From Lentimicrobiaceae bacterium (GTDB lineage: Bacteria > Bacteroidota > Bacteroidia > Bacteroidales > UBA4417): DNA of 64,000 bases. A program made the position numbers and the translations under genes. This document shows, in pieces, positions 37,372 through 47,107 of the stretch; the stretch's first letter is position 1, and the number at the start of each line of letters is the position of its first letter. The stretch lies in NCBI GenBank assembly GCA_033809755.1, contig JAPXLB010000001.1:158563-222562 (forward strand), given 5' to 3'. The notes beneath the pieces are model-generated. The model was given only the letters and a program-made list of their open reading frames with translations. It made no database searches and was not told the origin of the DNA.

Positions 37372-37500
37372 TTAGCTATTGGCTGTTGCGGGTTGCGCGT
37401 TAGTTCCGAGTTCCGAGTTCCGAGTTCCGAGTATTTCAACTCCTTACTCTTAACTCAAAACTCACCCATCACTCATCACTCATCACCCACCACACACTGT
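37372..37500. repeat. Ordered composite heptamer array (inverted counterpart of 20061-20207)
   Basis: Same block order and an identical junction GAGTATTTCAACTC (37429-37442 vs 20113-20126). Confidence 0.85.
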
Positions 37501-37530
37501 CAACTTCAGATTTTACCGTACAGTAACGAA

Positions 37531-38619
37531 TCAATCCAATATTTCAAACCGCTGATTTCTTTGCTTTGGAACAAAGCCGGCTTCGCTTATCGCCGATTTA
37601 ATGCCTTGCACATCGAATTTATGATTTGAACCGGCAGAGCTGACAACATTTTCTTCCATCATAATTGAACCGAAATCGTTGGCTCCGGCGTGCAGGCAGA
37701 CTTGTCCTACGTCTTTTCCCACAGTCAACCACGATGCTTGTATATTGTCGATATTTGGCAAAAGCAAGCGAGACATGGCAATAAGTCGTATGTACTCTTC
37801 GGAACTTACGCTTTTTGGTAGATTATAATTTTTTTGAAGTACAGTGTCTTTGCCTTGAAAAGTCCATGGAATAAATGAAATAAAACCCTTGCTATCTTCA
37901 GGTTTTTTGTCTTGCAAATCGCGTATTTTGAGTATATGCTCAATGTGTTCGGCTCTTGTTTCGATATGTCCGAACATCATTGTAGCCGAAGTAATAAGGT
38001 TAAGTTTGTGTGCTTCGTGCATAACGTCCAACCATTCGGCAGTATTGGCTTTAACAGGCGAGAGGATTTTTCTAACTCTATCCGAAAGAATTTCGGCTCC
38101 GGCTCCGGGCAGGCTGTCTAATCCGGCTTTTATAAGTCGTACAAGCGTTTCTTTATAAGTAAGATTAGAGATTTTTGAAATATGAACAATTTCAGGCGGT
38201 CCCAAAGCGTGCAGCTTTAAGTTAGGAAATCTTGTCTTTAGCGATTTAAAAAGCGTTTCGTAAAATTCAATTCCTAATTTCGGATGCATACCGCCTTGAA
38301 GTAACAATTGATTTCCGCCGGCTTCAATGAGTTCATTTATTTTTTCGTCGTATTCGCTATCCGTTGTTATGTAAGCATCTTTATGACTAACACTTCTGTA
38401 GAAATTGCAAAATTTGCATCCCGAAATGCAAACGTTGGAGTAATTTACGTTTCTATCAATCAACCAAGTTACAATGTTTTGTTTATGAATTTTATATCGG
38501 ACATAATTGGCGGCAGCCATGAGTTCGGAAGTGGAAACATTGTCGTACAACAACATAGCTTCATCGGTTGTTAGAAAAACGCCGTCGGTGGCTTTATTGA
38601 GAATTTTATCCGTTTTCAT
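37531..38619 (-). CDS. mqnC: Cyclic dehypoxanthine futalosine synthase (radical SAM, MqnC/CofH family)
   Basis: DRNVNYSNVCISGCKFCNF, LLQGG.HP, PGAGAEIL, ATMMFGHIE, FIPW, NIQASW and GANDFGSIMMEENVV motifs. Confidence 0.85.
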   Translation of the reverse strand: MKTDKILNKATDGVFLTTDEAMLLYDNVSTSELMAAANYVRYKIHKQNIVTWLIDRNVNYSNVCISGCKFCNFYRSVSHKDAYITTDSEYDEKINELIEAGGNQLLLQGGMHPKLGIEFYETLFKSLKTRFPNLKLHALGPPEIVHISKISNLTYKETLVRLIKAGLDSLPGAGAEILSDRVRKILSPVKANTAEWLDVMHEAHKLNLITSATMMFGHIETRAEHIEHILKIRDLQDKKPEDSKGFISFIPWTFQGKDTVLQKNYNLPKSVSSEEYIRLIAMSRLLLPNIDNIQASWLTVGKDVGQVCLHAGANDFGSIMMEENVVSSAGSNHKFDVQGIKSAISEAGFVPKQRNQRFEILD

Positions 38620-38718
38620 TCAAAAGTAATTTGCAGAACAGCCGAAATCAAAAAAACACAACGCTACACATTTAAGGATATGTCAGCGTTGCTAAAAATT
38701 ATACGATAACTGCATGGC

Positions 38719-39024
38719 TTAATCGCCGCATTTGTTGATGCACTCAATAATATCAAACAATAAACCGTCTTTAACTTTATAAATTATTTCTCTTCCTTTT
38801 CTCTCAGTTTCAAGCAAACCCCTTGATCTTAAAACACTAAGGTGATGAGAAGCAACTGCTTGTTTAAGATTCAGTTTAGTATAAATTTGTGTTACATTAA
38901 GCTGTTTGTGCTCAATTATTAGTTCAACAATAGCAATTCGTACAGGGTGTGCAAGCGATTTGATTTTATCAGCAGCAACTTGTAATTTTTCTAAATCTAG
39001 TTTCTTTTTCCCTTTCATATTCAA
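38719..39024 (-). CDS. ArsR/SmtB family transcriptional regulator
   Basis: LAHPVRIAI, QAVASHHL..LR and RKGREIIY winged HTH. Confidence 0.88.
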   Translation of the reverse strand: MNMKGKKKLDLEKLQVAADKIKSLAHPVRIAIVELIIEHKQLNVTQIYTKLNLKQAVASHHLSVLRSRGLLETERKGREIIYKVKDGLLFDIIECINKCGD

Positions 39025-39076
39025 TAATTCTATATTATGTTATTACCACAAAAATAACATAAAACTATAAACCACG

Positions 39077-40210
39077 CTAAAAGTTTTCAACAAAATTAAG
39101 AATAGTATCAACAATGTACTGTTGCTGCTCTTCCGAAAGCTCAGTGTGCATAGGCAATGAAAACACATTTTCGACCAATTTTTCCGATACTGATAAGTCC
39201 ATTTCCTTATACTTATCATGAACATACGCTTTTTGCTTGTGAATAGGAACAGGATAGTAAATCATGGCGGGAATTTGCTTTTCTTTCAGATGTTCAACAA
39301 GGGCATTTCGGTCAAATCCGTTGGCTTGCAATGTGTATTGATGAAATACGTGTTCTGTATAAGGCATTACAACAGGAGTTATAAGTTTTTGGCAGTCGGC
39401 AAACGCCTTATTGTAAAAGTTTGCAGCTTCGCTGCGCAGTTTATTATATTGGTCTAGGTATTTTAGTTTTACATTTAAAACGGCAGCCTGAATGCTGTCC
39501 AAACGACTATTGACACCAACGTGGTCGTGGTAATACCTGACCGTCATTCCGTGATTTACAACCGATCTCATTCTAGCAGCCAAAGCATCGTTGTTGGTGA
39601 AGATAGCACCGCCGTCGCCGTAGCAACCCAAATTTTTAGATGGGAAAAACGAAGTACAGCCAATTGTACCTATTGTACCGGCTTTTTTGCCTTTGTATTT
39701 TCCCGAAAGATAATTGCAACCCAAAGCCTGAGCGGTATCTTCAATTACGTACAAATTGTATTGTTCGGCTATTTCCATAATTTGTTCCATATCGACGCAC
39801 TGACCGAACAAATGCACAGGAACAATAGCTTTGGTTTTGCTTGTGATGGCTTTTCTGATAGAATTTACCGACACATTAAAGCTATCCGGCTCAACATCAA
39901 CCAAAACGGGAGTCAAGCCAAGCAGAGCTATGACTTCTGCGGTAGCTATAAAGGTAAACGTAGGAACTATTACTTCGTCGCCAGGTTTCAAATCCAAAGC
40001 CATCATTGCTACTTGCAAGGCATCGGTTCCGTTGCCGCATGGTATAACGTGTTTGACGTTCAGATACGTTTCAAGGTTTTTCTGAAACTCCTTTACCGAC
40101 GGACCGTTTATGAATTGTGTAGAGTCAATTACAGCTGATATAGCCGTATCAATTTCGTCTTTTATTTTAAGATATTGACCACGTAGGTCAACCATTTTTA
40201 TTTCTTCCAT
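39077..40210 (-). CDS. DegT/DnrJ/EryC1/StrS sugar aminotransferase (WbpE-like)
   Basis: NGTDAL, VHLFGQ, EDTAQA, SFFPSKNLGCYGDGGA, NSRLD and SLPMH motifs. Confidence 0.92.
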   Translation of the reverse strand: MEEIKMVDLRGQYLKIKDEIDTAISAVIDSTQFINGPSVKEFQKNLETYLNVKHVIPCGNGTDALQVAMMALDLKPGDEVIVPTFTFIATAEVIALLGLTPVLVDVEPDSFNVSVNSIRKAITSKTKAIVPVHLFGQCVDMEQIMEIAEQYNLYVIEDTAQALGCNYLSGKYKGKKAGTIGTIGCTSFFPSKNLGCYGDGGAIFTNNDALAARMRSVVNHGMTVRYYHDHVGVNSRLDSIQAAVLNVKLKYLDQYNKLRSEAANFYNKAFADCQKLITPVVMPYTEHVFHQYTLQANGFDRNALVEHLKEKQIPAMIYYPVPIHKQKAYVHDKYKEMDLSVSEKLVENVFSLPMHTELSEEQQQYIVDTILNFVENF

Positions 40211-40369
40211 GCCATTAATTTAAAACTTTGCAAAGTTAATAAAAATGTGATTGTTGCGACTGTTTTAACATCTTTGCGATTAATATTACAAAAAAGAAAA
40301 GCGGAATTTTTGTTTGCGTATAATTGCCATAATATTACCTTTGTTACGATAAACGTGTAAGTTAGTATT

Positions 40370-40951
40370 ATGATAAGTCAGCCGAAACGAATAGCAGTTT
40401 TTGCTTCGGGAAACGGAAGCAATATGCAGCGAATAGCCGAATATTTTAACGAAACAAAAACCGCACAGGTTAGTTTGGTATGTTGCAACAAACCCGATGC
40501 TTTTGTTTTGCAAAGAGCTGAAAATCTTGATATTCCTTCGTTTGTTTTTACCAAAAAAGAATTATCCGACGGCTCGACTGTACTTAGCAAACTAAAACAG
40601 CACAATATAGATTTTATAGTATTGGCAGGCTTTTTATTGTTGTTTCCGTCTGATATTATTGCCGCTTATCCGAATAGAATTGTAAACATTCATCCGGCTT
40701 TATTGCCTAAGTACGGTGGCAAAGGCATGTACGGCAGCAATGTACACGAAGCCGTTATAAACGCAAAAGAAACCGAAAGCGGTATAAGTATTCATTACGT
40801 TAATGAGCATTACGACGAAGGCGATATAATATTTCAGGCAAAATGCACCGTTGAACCAAGCGATACCGCCGAAACCTTAGCTGAAAAGATACATAAGTTG
40901 GAGTATGAGTTTTTTCCAAAGGTTATTGAAAGGGAGATACAGAAGTTTTAA
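40370..40951 (+). CDS. purN: Phosphoribosylglycinamide formyltransferase
   Basis: ASGNGSN, LAGFL, NIHPALLP and YDEG motifs. Confidence 0.95.
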   Translation: MISQPKRIAVFASGNGSNMQRIAEYFNETKTAQVSLVCCNKPDAFVLQRAENLDIPSFVFTKKELSDGSTVLSKLKQHNIDFIVLAGFLLLFPSDIIAAYPNRIVNIHPALLPKYGGKGMYGSNVHEAVINAKETESGISIHYVNEHYDEGDIIFQAKCTVEPSDTAETLAEKIHKLEYEFFPKVIEREIQKF

Positions 40952-40969
40952 ATAAACTGCTTTTTTATG

Positions 40970-41054
40970 CTGGAAGTCTGAAGTTCTGAGTTTTGAGTTT
41001 GGAGTTCTGAGTTTGGAGACTCGAAACTCGTAACTCAATACTCGAAACTAACAC
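40970..41054. repeat. Convergent GAGTT/AACTC heptamer tract
   Basis: Its right end ACTCAATACTCGAAACTAACAC is the exact reverse complement of 56310-56331. Confidence 0.8.
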
Positions 41055-42898
41055 TAATCACCCACCACACTATCCTTATTTATCTGCAAATCATACAGTT
41101 TTTTATAAACTCCGTTTTGTGCCAAAAGTCGGTGATGACTGCCTCTTTCTACAATTTCGCCTTTTTGGAATACAACAATTTCGTCGGCGTTGATAATGGT
41201 AGATAATCGGTGAGCAATAACAAGCGAAGTGCGGTCTTTCATAACTTTTTCTATGGCTTGTTGCACAAGCATTTCGCTTTCGGTATCAAGAGCCGAAGTA
41301 GCTTCGTCTAAAATCAGTATTGCAGGATTTCGCAATATTGCTCTGGCAATGCTAATTCTTTGTCTTTGTCCGCCCGAAAGTCTAGTACCTCTATCGGAAA
41401 TATTGGTATTGTAGCCATCTTCCATTTCCATAATAAAATTGTGGGCGTTGGCTATTTTGGCGGCTTTAATAACATCTTCATTTTTAACGTCCATCAATCC
41501 GAAGGCAATGTTATTGAAAACCGTATCGTTGAAGAGTATCGGCTCTTGCGTAACAATTCCCAAATGACTGCGTAGGTTGTTGAGACTCATATCTCTGATA
41601 TCAACTCCGTCTATAAGTATTTGTCCTTTAAGCGGGTCGAAAAATCGGGGAAGTAAATCTACAAAAGTCGTTTTTCCGGCTCCACTCTGACCGACCAAAG
41701 CAACTGTCTTACCCTTAGGTATCACCAAATTGATGTTTCTTAGCACTAAGGCTTCTTCGTAGGCAAAGCTAACATCTCTGTATTCAATTTCTTTGTTAAA
41801 AGTGGGTAATTCGGTTACCTTTTCTTTTTCGGTAATAGCACTTTCGGAATCTAAAATATTGATAATTCTTTCGCCGGAAGCCAAACCCCTTTGTATGTTT
41901 GAATAAGTATTTGAGATGCTTTTTATAGGCGGAATAAGTTGAGAGTAAATAATAACGTAGGTAACAAATTCCGACGGAGTAAGCACGGAATTGTGGCTAA
42001 GCACCATGCTGCCGCCAATTATCATTATTACTACAATTGTCAGAACTCCTAAAAATTCGGAAATAGGACTTGCCAATTCGCGTCTGTTCATGTACGCTCT
42101 GATAATTTTTCGGTACATGTCGTTTACCTTGTTGAAACTCTTTCGGGCAAATTCTTGTGCGCTAAAACCGCGTATTATTCTGGCTCCGGTAATAGTTTCT
42201 TCGGATATGCTAAGTAGTTGTCCCAATAGTTTTTGGCTGGCTTTTGCCGATTTTCTCAAACGTTTTCCTATAAGAGAAATAATAAACGCCGCAACAGGGA
42301 AAAACACTAAGGTTATCAACGTTAGCTTAGGCGAAATCATTATCAGAACGCTTAAATATACTAATATATGGAAAGGATCTTTGAAAATAACCTGAATTGT
42401 GCTGACTAAGTTGTTTTCTATTTCGTGAGAATCGGCGGATATTACCGATAAAATATCACCTTTTCGGTATTTGCTGAAGAAACCAATGTGCAAGGTAACC
42501 AACTTATCGTATATTGCTTTACGCATATTGAAAACCAACCAAGTACGCATGCGAGCTAAGGTACGTTGCGACATATACAAAAACAAATTCGACAGTAGCA
42601 CGCTGGTAAGAATTACAGCGCAAACAAAAACTAAAGCATGAGTTTTGCTATATATTGTAGATATCTGATTTACGTAGTAACCTATGTAAGCAACAACAAA
42701 ATCTACGTCGAAAGCGAAGGCAGGTTTTTCGGTTATGGCAACGGTGTTTCCAACTTGAAAAAGTGTATCTAAAAGCGGAATTAGCAAGGTGAAATTCAGC
42801 ACTCCAAATATGGTTGCAGGAACTACGTAAATAATGTATTCGGGTACGAAATGCCTGTATGGCTTAGCAAATGATAAAAGTCGAAATAGAATTTTCAT
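41054..42898 (-). CDS. MsbA-like ABC exporter (TMD plus NBD)
   Basis: Six-TM domain, GQSGAGKT, LSGGQRQR, LDEATSALD and IAHRLST motifs. Confidence 0.9.
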   Translation of the reverse strand: MKILFRLLSFAKPYRHFVPEYIIYVVPATIFGVLNFTLLIPLLDTLFQVGNTVAITEKPAFAFDVDFVVAYIGYYVNQISTIYSKTHALVFVCAVILTSVLLSNLFLYMSQRTLARMRTWLVFNMRKAIYDKLVTLHIGFFSKYRKGDILSVISADSHEIENNLVSTIQVIFKDPFHILVYLSVLIMISPKLTLITLVFFPVAAFIISLIGKRLRKSAKASQKLLGQLLSISEETITGARIIRGFSAQEFARKSFNKVNDMYRKIIRAYMNRRELASPISEFLGVLTIVVIMIIGGSMVLSHNSVLTPSEFVTYVIIYSQLIPPIKSISNTYSNIQRGLASGERIINILDSESAITEKEKVTELPTFNKEIEYRDVSFAYEEALVLRNINLVIPKGKTVALVGQSGAGKTTFVDLLPRFFDPLKGQILIDGVDIRDMSLNNLRSHLGIVTQEPILFNDTVFNNIAFGLMDVKNEDVIKAAKIANAHNFIMEMEDGYNTNISDRGTRLSGGQRQRISIARAILRNPAILILDEATSALDTESEMLVQQAIEKVMKDRTSLVIAHRLSTIINADEIVVFQKGEIVERGSHHRLLAQNGVYKKLYDLQINKDSVVGD

Positions 42899-43050
42899 TT
42901 TGTAAGAATTCGAAATTCGGCACTAAAATATAAAAAACGCTTGAATGGCAACATGTAAATCATGCAAAAATCTGTACTTTTAATTTTAGTACCGATAAAA
43001 CGTTAATTATGCAATTATTAGTATCTTTGTACAAAAGAAAATCAATAATT

Positions 43051-43389
43051 ATGGATTCGAAACGACAATTAAGAGTATCGCGTTTATTACAAAAGGAATT
43101 GGGAGACATTTTTCAGGAAATGGGTCGTTCCGTTTTTACCGGCAATATGATTAGCGTAACAAGAGTTACAGTTACACCCGATTTGGAGATAGCCAGAGTT
43201 TATTTGAGTTTGTACGGCAAGACCGATAAAAAAGTTTTGATAGAAGAAATTAAGCAACGCGACAAAGCAATTCGTTTGGAATTGGGAAACAGAATTAAAC
43301 GTGTTTTAAGAGTAGTTCCCGAGTTGGTTTTTATTTTAGACGATTCTTTAGATTATATTGAAAATATTGAGAAACTGTTAAAACAGTAG
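43051..43389 (+). CDS. rbfA: Ribosome-binding factor A
   Basis: RQLRV..LLQKEL, VT.V.VTPDL..ARVY and PELVF..DDS motifs; TATCTTTG promoter at 43022-43029 supports the start at 43051. Confidence 0.93.
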   Translation: MDSKRQLRVSRLLQKELGDIFQEMGRSVFTGNMISVTRVTVTPDLEIARVYLSLYGKTDKKVLIEEIKQRDKAIRLELGNRIKRVLRVVPELVFILDDSLDYIENIEKLLKQ

Positions 43390-43393
43390 TTTT

Positions 43394-45892
43394 TTAATCC
43401 TGAAAATAAACTCTTTTTACTCGTTGCGAAATTCCCGTTAGCACTTCGTAAGATATTGTTCCCATAAGTTCCGCTAATTTATTTATCGTTTCGGCAGAGT
43501 CGAAAATAACCACTTCGTCGCCTTCGTTGGCGTCAATGTTGGTGATGTCAACCATCATCATATCCATGCAGATATTTCCGACAATTTTTGCCGTTTTGCC
43601 TTTAATATAAACGTGTCCCACCATGTTTCCCAAGCTACGTGGTATTCCGTCGGCGTAGCCAATAGGCAATGTGGCTATTGTCATATCGTGGGGAGCAATA
43701 AAATTTCGGCTGTAGCCGATAGACTGATTTTTGCTTATTTTTTTAATTTGAGTTATAACGGTTTTGAGCGAACTGACATTTTGCAGTTGACTTGAAACGT
43801 TTCCGACAGGATTTATTCCGTACAAACCTATTCCCAATCGCACCATATCGAAATTGGCTTCCGGAAAGCGAATAATAGCAGACGAATTGGAAATGTGTCG
43901 CAGAATAGGATAGTTCAGTTGTTGCAAAAATTTATCGGATACGTTTTTAAAGATGTTTATTTGCTGTTTGGTAAAATCGTCGAATTTGGCATCGTCGCTA
44001 CCGACAAGATGTGAGAAAATCGATTTTACGACAATATTTTTGTTGTCTTTAATTCTGTTTATCAACTCGTCGGTTTGGTCGGGAGTAAAACCCAAGCGGC
44101 TCATTCCGGTATCTATTTTAACATGAATGCTAATGCTTTTATTTTCGCCGGCGTATGATTTCATGGCTTGAAGCAACAAATTCAAAGCTCTAAAACTAAA
44201 TATTTCGGGTTCTAGGTTAAACCTGATAATAGCTTCGTACCCAGACGGTTCGGGATTCATAACCATAATAGGCAAGGTTATACCTGCTTTTCGTAGTTCA
44301 ACTCCTTCGTCGGCGTATGCCACAGCCAAATAATCAACATTATGAAACTGTAAGGCGTTGGCAATCTCGTAGCTGCCGCTTCCGTACGAAAAAGCTTTTA
44401 CCATTGCCATAGTTTTAACGCCGGGTTTAGTCAGCGACCTGAAATAATTTAAGTTGTGAATAACGGAATTGATGTCAATTTCCAAAACCGTTTCGTGGTC
44501 TTTTAGTTGCAATAGGTTAGAAATATCTTCAAAATGGTAATCGCGAGCACCTTTTATAAGTATTGTTTCGTCGTTGAAATAGCTCATGTTATAATTGCTC
44601 AAAAAGTCGGAAACATTGTTATAAAACTGCTTTTGCATAGAAAACACTTCCGAATTTTCGGAAATATTGCTGCCGATACCTATAATTTTACTCACATTGC
44701 TCGAAACAAGCATGTTGTTAATGTTGGTGTACATAAGATGCTTGTCGTCGGCGGTTTGCAACAAATCCGATAAAATAACAGTCTTGCTATTGTTTTGATG
44801 TTGTTGGTTTAAGAAATCTAAAGCAATTTTCAGAGAATTAATGTCATTGCTGTAGCTATCGTTGATGATTGTGCAATTGTTAATTCCTTTTTTGAGTTCC
44901 AAACGCATAGCTATCGGTTGCAGATTTTTGAGCCGATTTTTAATAATGTTTAAAGGATAATTAAGCACCAACATTGTGCTGATGCAGTGCAATGCGTTTT
45001 CAACCGAAGCGTAATCGGCAAAGGGAATGGAGATTTCGGTATCGGTATTTTTGTAGCAAATTGTTAAATTGGAGTTGTGCTTGTTATACTTGATATTTTT
45101 GACGTACAAATCGGCGTTATTGTCTTTGGTACTCCAAGTAAAAAGCTGTAACGATTTATTGACTTCTTTAAGTTTTTTTACTTGCTCATCAATTTGCTTG
45201 TAATCGGTGCAGTATATCAGATTGTCGACATTTACAAACAATTTCATCTTTTCTTCAATTTTTTGTTCAACCGAAGTAAAATTTGCCTGATGAGCCGCAC
45301 CAATATTCGTAAAGATGCCAATGGTAGGTTTTATGATTTCTTGCAGATATTGCATTTCGTCAACCAAAGAAATGCCGGCTTCAAAAATACCGAAATTATT
45401 GTCGCTATTGATTTGCCAAACCGAAAGCGGCACGCCAATCTGCGAGTTGTAGCTTTTGGGATTTCTGCAAATATTGTAATCGTTATGCAAAAGCTGATAC
45501 AGCCATTCTTTAACGATAGTTTTGCCGTTGCTTCCGGTTATTCCTATTACAGGAAAATTAAATTTGTTTCTATGATTTTGAGCTAATTGTTGCAACGCTC
45601 TGACAGAGTTTTTTATCAGCAAAAAGTTTGCATCGGAGTAGTTGGCAAACTCAGGATTGTCGGCTTCTACAACAAAACTTCTGACACCTTTTTTGTAAAC
45701 ATCGTCAATGTACTTGCTGCCGTCGTTTCGATTGGTTTTTATAGCAAAAAACAAGGATTTATTTCCAATAACCACGCTTCTGCTATCTATGGCAATCTCG
45801 CTAATAATGCTTTCGGGATTAGCGATGTGAAGTGTTTTTGCATTTATAATTTTTGCAATATCACTTATTTTATGGTTGTTAGAGCACGACAT
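43394..45892 (-). CDS. alr: Bifunctional MurF-like ligase/alanine racemase
   Basis: N-terminal DSR, GITGSNGKT, SYNSQIG and INDSY; C-terminal VKAFSYG, HVKIDTGMSRLG, GYADG, GNICMD and TISYE. Confidence 0.93.
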   Translation of the reverse strand: MSCSNNHKISDIAKIINAKTLHIANPESIISEIAIDSRSVVIGNKSLFFAIKTNRNDGSKYIDDVYKKGVRSFVVEADNPEFANYSDANFLLIKNSVRALQQLAQNHRNKFNFPVIGITGSNGKTIVKEWLYQLLHNDYNICRNPKSYNSQIGVPLSVWQINSDNNFGIFEAGISLVDEMQYLQEIIKPTIGIFTNIGAAHQANFTSVEQKIEEKMKLFVNVDNLIYCTDYKQIDEQVKKLKEVNKSLQLFTWSTKDNNADLYVKNIKYNKHNSNLTICYKNTDTEISIPFADYASVENALHCISTMLVLNYPLNIIKNRLKNLQPIAMRLELKKGINNCTIINDSYSNDINSLKIALDFLNQQHQNNSKTVILSDLLQTADDKHLMYTNINNMLVSSNVSKIIGIGSNISENSEVFSMQKQFYNNVSDFLSNYNMSYFNDETILIKGARDYHFEDISNLLQLKDHETVLEIDINSVIHNLNYFRSLTKPGVKTMAMVKAFSYGSGSYEIANALQFHNVDYLAVAYADEGVELRKAGITLPIMVMNPEPSGYEAIIRFNLEPEIFSFRALNLLLQAMKSYAGENKSISIHVKIDTGMSRLGFTPDQTDELINRIKDNKNIVVKSIFSHLVGSDDAKFDDFTKQQINIFKNVSDKFLQQLNYPILRHISNSSAIIRFPEANFDMVRLGIGLYGINPVGNVSSQLQNVSSLKTVITQIKKISKNQSIGYSRNFIAPHDMTIATLPIGYADGIPRSLGNMVGHVYIKGKTAKIVGNICMDMMMVDITNIDANEGDEVVIFDSAETINKLAELMGTISYEVLTGISQRVKRVYFQD

Positions 45893-45903
45893 GCGCTATT
45901 ATT

Positions 45904-46974
45904 TTATTGTTCAATATCTTGTGAAGCGTACTTTAACGGGTTTTCGTTTATTTCTTCCCACATTTGTCGGTTACGCGAAATATCGTTAGCCAAATACATT
46001 GCCGTTCGTAGCGATTGAGCGATGTTGTCGTTGTTGCTGTTAATATCCATTTCGGCGTCGCTGTCGGGCATGGTAACAACAAACGGAAGTCCAGCCAAAT
46101 ATATTGCACCCCTTTCCTGCGAAAATATGCTGAAAGGAATATAACTTTGGTCGTAGTACATGGAAATTATTCCGTCAAATTCGTCGTACGACGCATCGGA
46201 AAAGAGTTTGTCGGCATTGTAGGGACCGAAAACCAAGTCGCCTTTGTTTTTAAATTTATTTATTACCGGAATAATAATTTCGTTTTCTTCTTTACAATTG
46301 CTATCCTTACAGTAGCTTGGATTTAAACTCAAAACTGCTATTTTCGGCTTTTGAATATCAAAATCTATTTTCAGAGAATTGATAAACATGTCTATTTTAC
46401 TTTCCAACAGTTCAGCCGTAAGTTTTCCAATTGCTTGATTAATCGGCAACTTTCCGGTTACACTTGTCATTCTAAAATCGTGATACACCCATGTAACCAT
46501 GTAATCGTTATTGTCAAGGTAAGATGCCAGAAGCTGTTCGTGGCAAGTGTATTTGTCGTCAAGAGCCAACTGCATACTTGCACGGTTTAGTGGAGTTGCG
46601 ACGAGTGCGTCAATTTCGCTGTTTTTAAGACTTTCGGTAGCTTTTTGCAAAGAAAGTAAAGCAGCATCACCCGCAGCCTTGCTAGGCTCGCCAACCGTAA
46701 TGGTTATTTCTTCGTTGGTTATGTTAAATAAATTTGCTCTGTTGTTAGCTATTCCGCTAATATCTCTGACAATATTAAAATTGAAAGTAAAATTTCTGAT
46801 TAATTTTTTGAAATACGAAACCGACTTGGAAGTGCCGTAAAAAACAGGAGTGAAAATATCGGTAATATTGCCGGCTGAGCAGATGTCAATAATCATTTTG
46901 TAGTTTGTGCTATTGACATCGCCGTGAGTAATTCCGATAATAAATTTGTCTTTTCCTGCTTTGTTTTTTGTCAT
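45904..46974 (-). CDS. PdxA-fold protein with degenerate active site
   Basis: Overall PdxA pattern (GIT.GD, P.IAVL.LNP, GPY.AD, D.I..MY.DQ, AGLP), but the metal-binding His residues and RTSPDHG are replaced. Confidence 0.75.
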   Translation of the reverse strand: MTKNKAGKDKFIIGITHGDVNSTNYKMIIDICSAGNITDIFTPVFYGTSKSVSYFKKLIRNFTFNFNIVRDISGIANNRANLFNITNEEITITVGEPSKAAGDAALLSLQKATESLKNSEIDALVATPLNRASMQLALDDKYTCHEQLLASYLDNNDYMVTWVYHDFRMTSVTGKLPINQAIGKLTAELLESKIDMFINSLKIDFDIQKPKIAVLSLNPSYCKDSNCKEENEIIIPVINKFKNKGDLVFGPYNADKLFSDASYDEFDGIISMYYDQSYIPFSIFSQERGAIYLAGLPFVVTMPDSDAEMDINSNNDNIAQSLRTAMYLANDISRNRQMWEEINENPLKYASQDIEQ

Positions 46975-47107
46975 ATTTCACCAATTTATTTTAGGCAAAG
47001 ATATAAAATTATTTTGAAAAATAATGTGCAATGTGTAATTGATAATTATTTGTCGTGTTAGTTGTTATTTAAGCAATAGAGCTTGTCTGATCTTAAAGTT
47101 CAGGATA

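Noticed and set aside
43394..45892. MurF-Alr fusion as a novelty
   Set aside because: Well-known Bacteroidota architecture.
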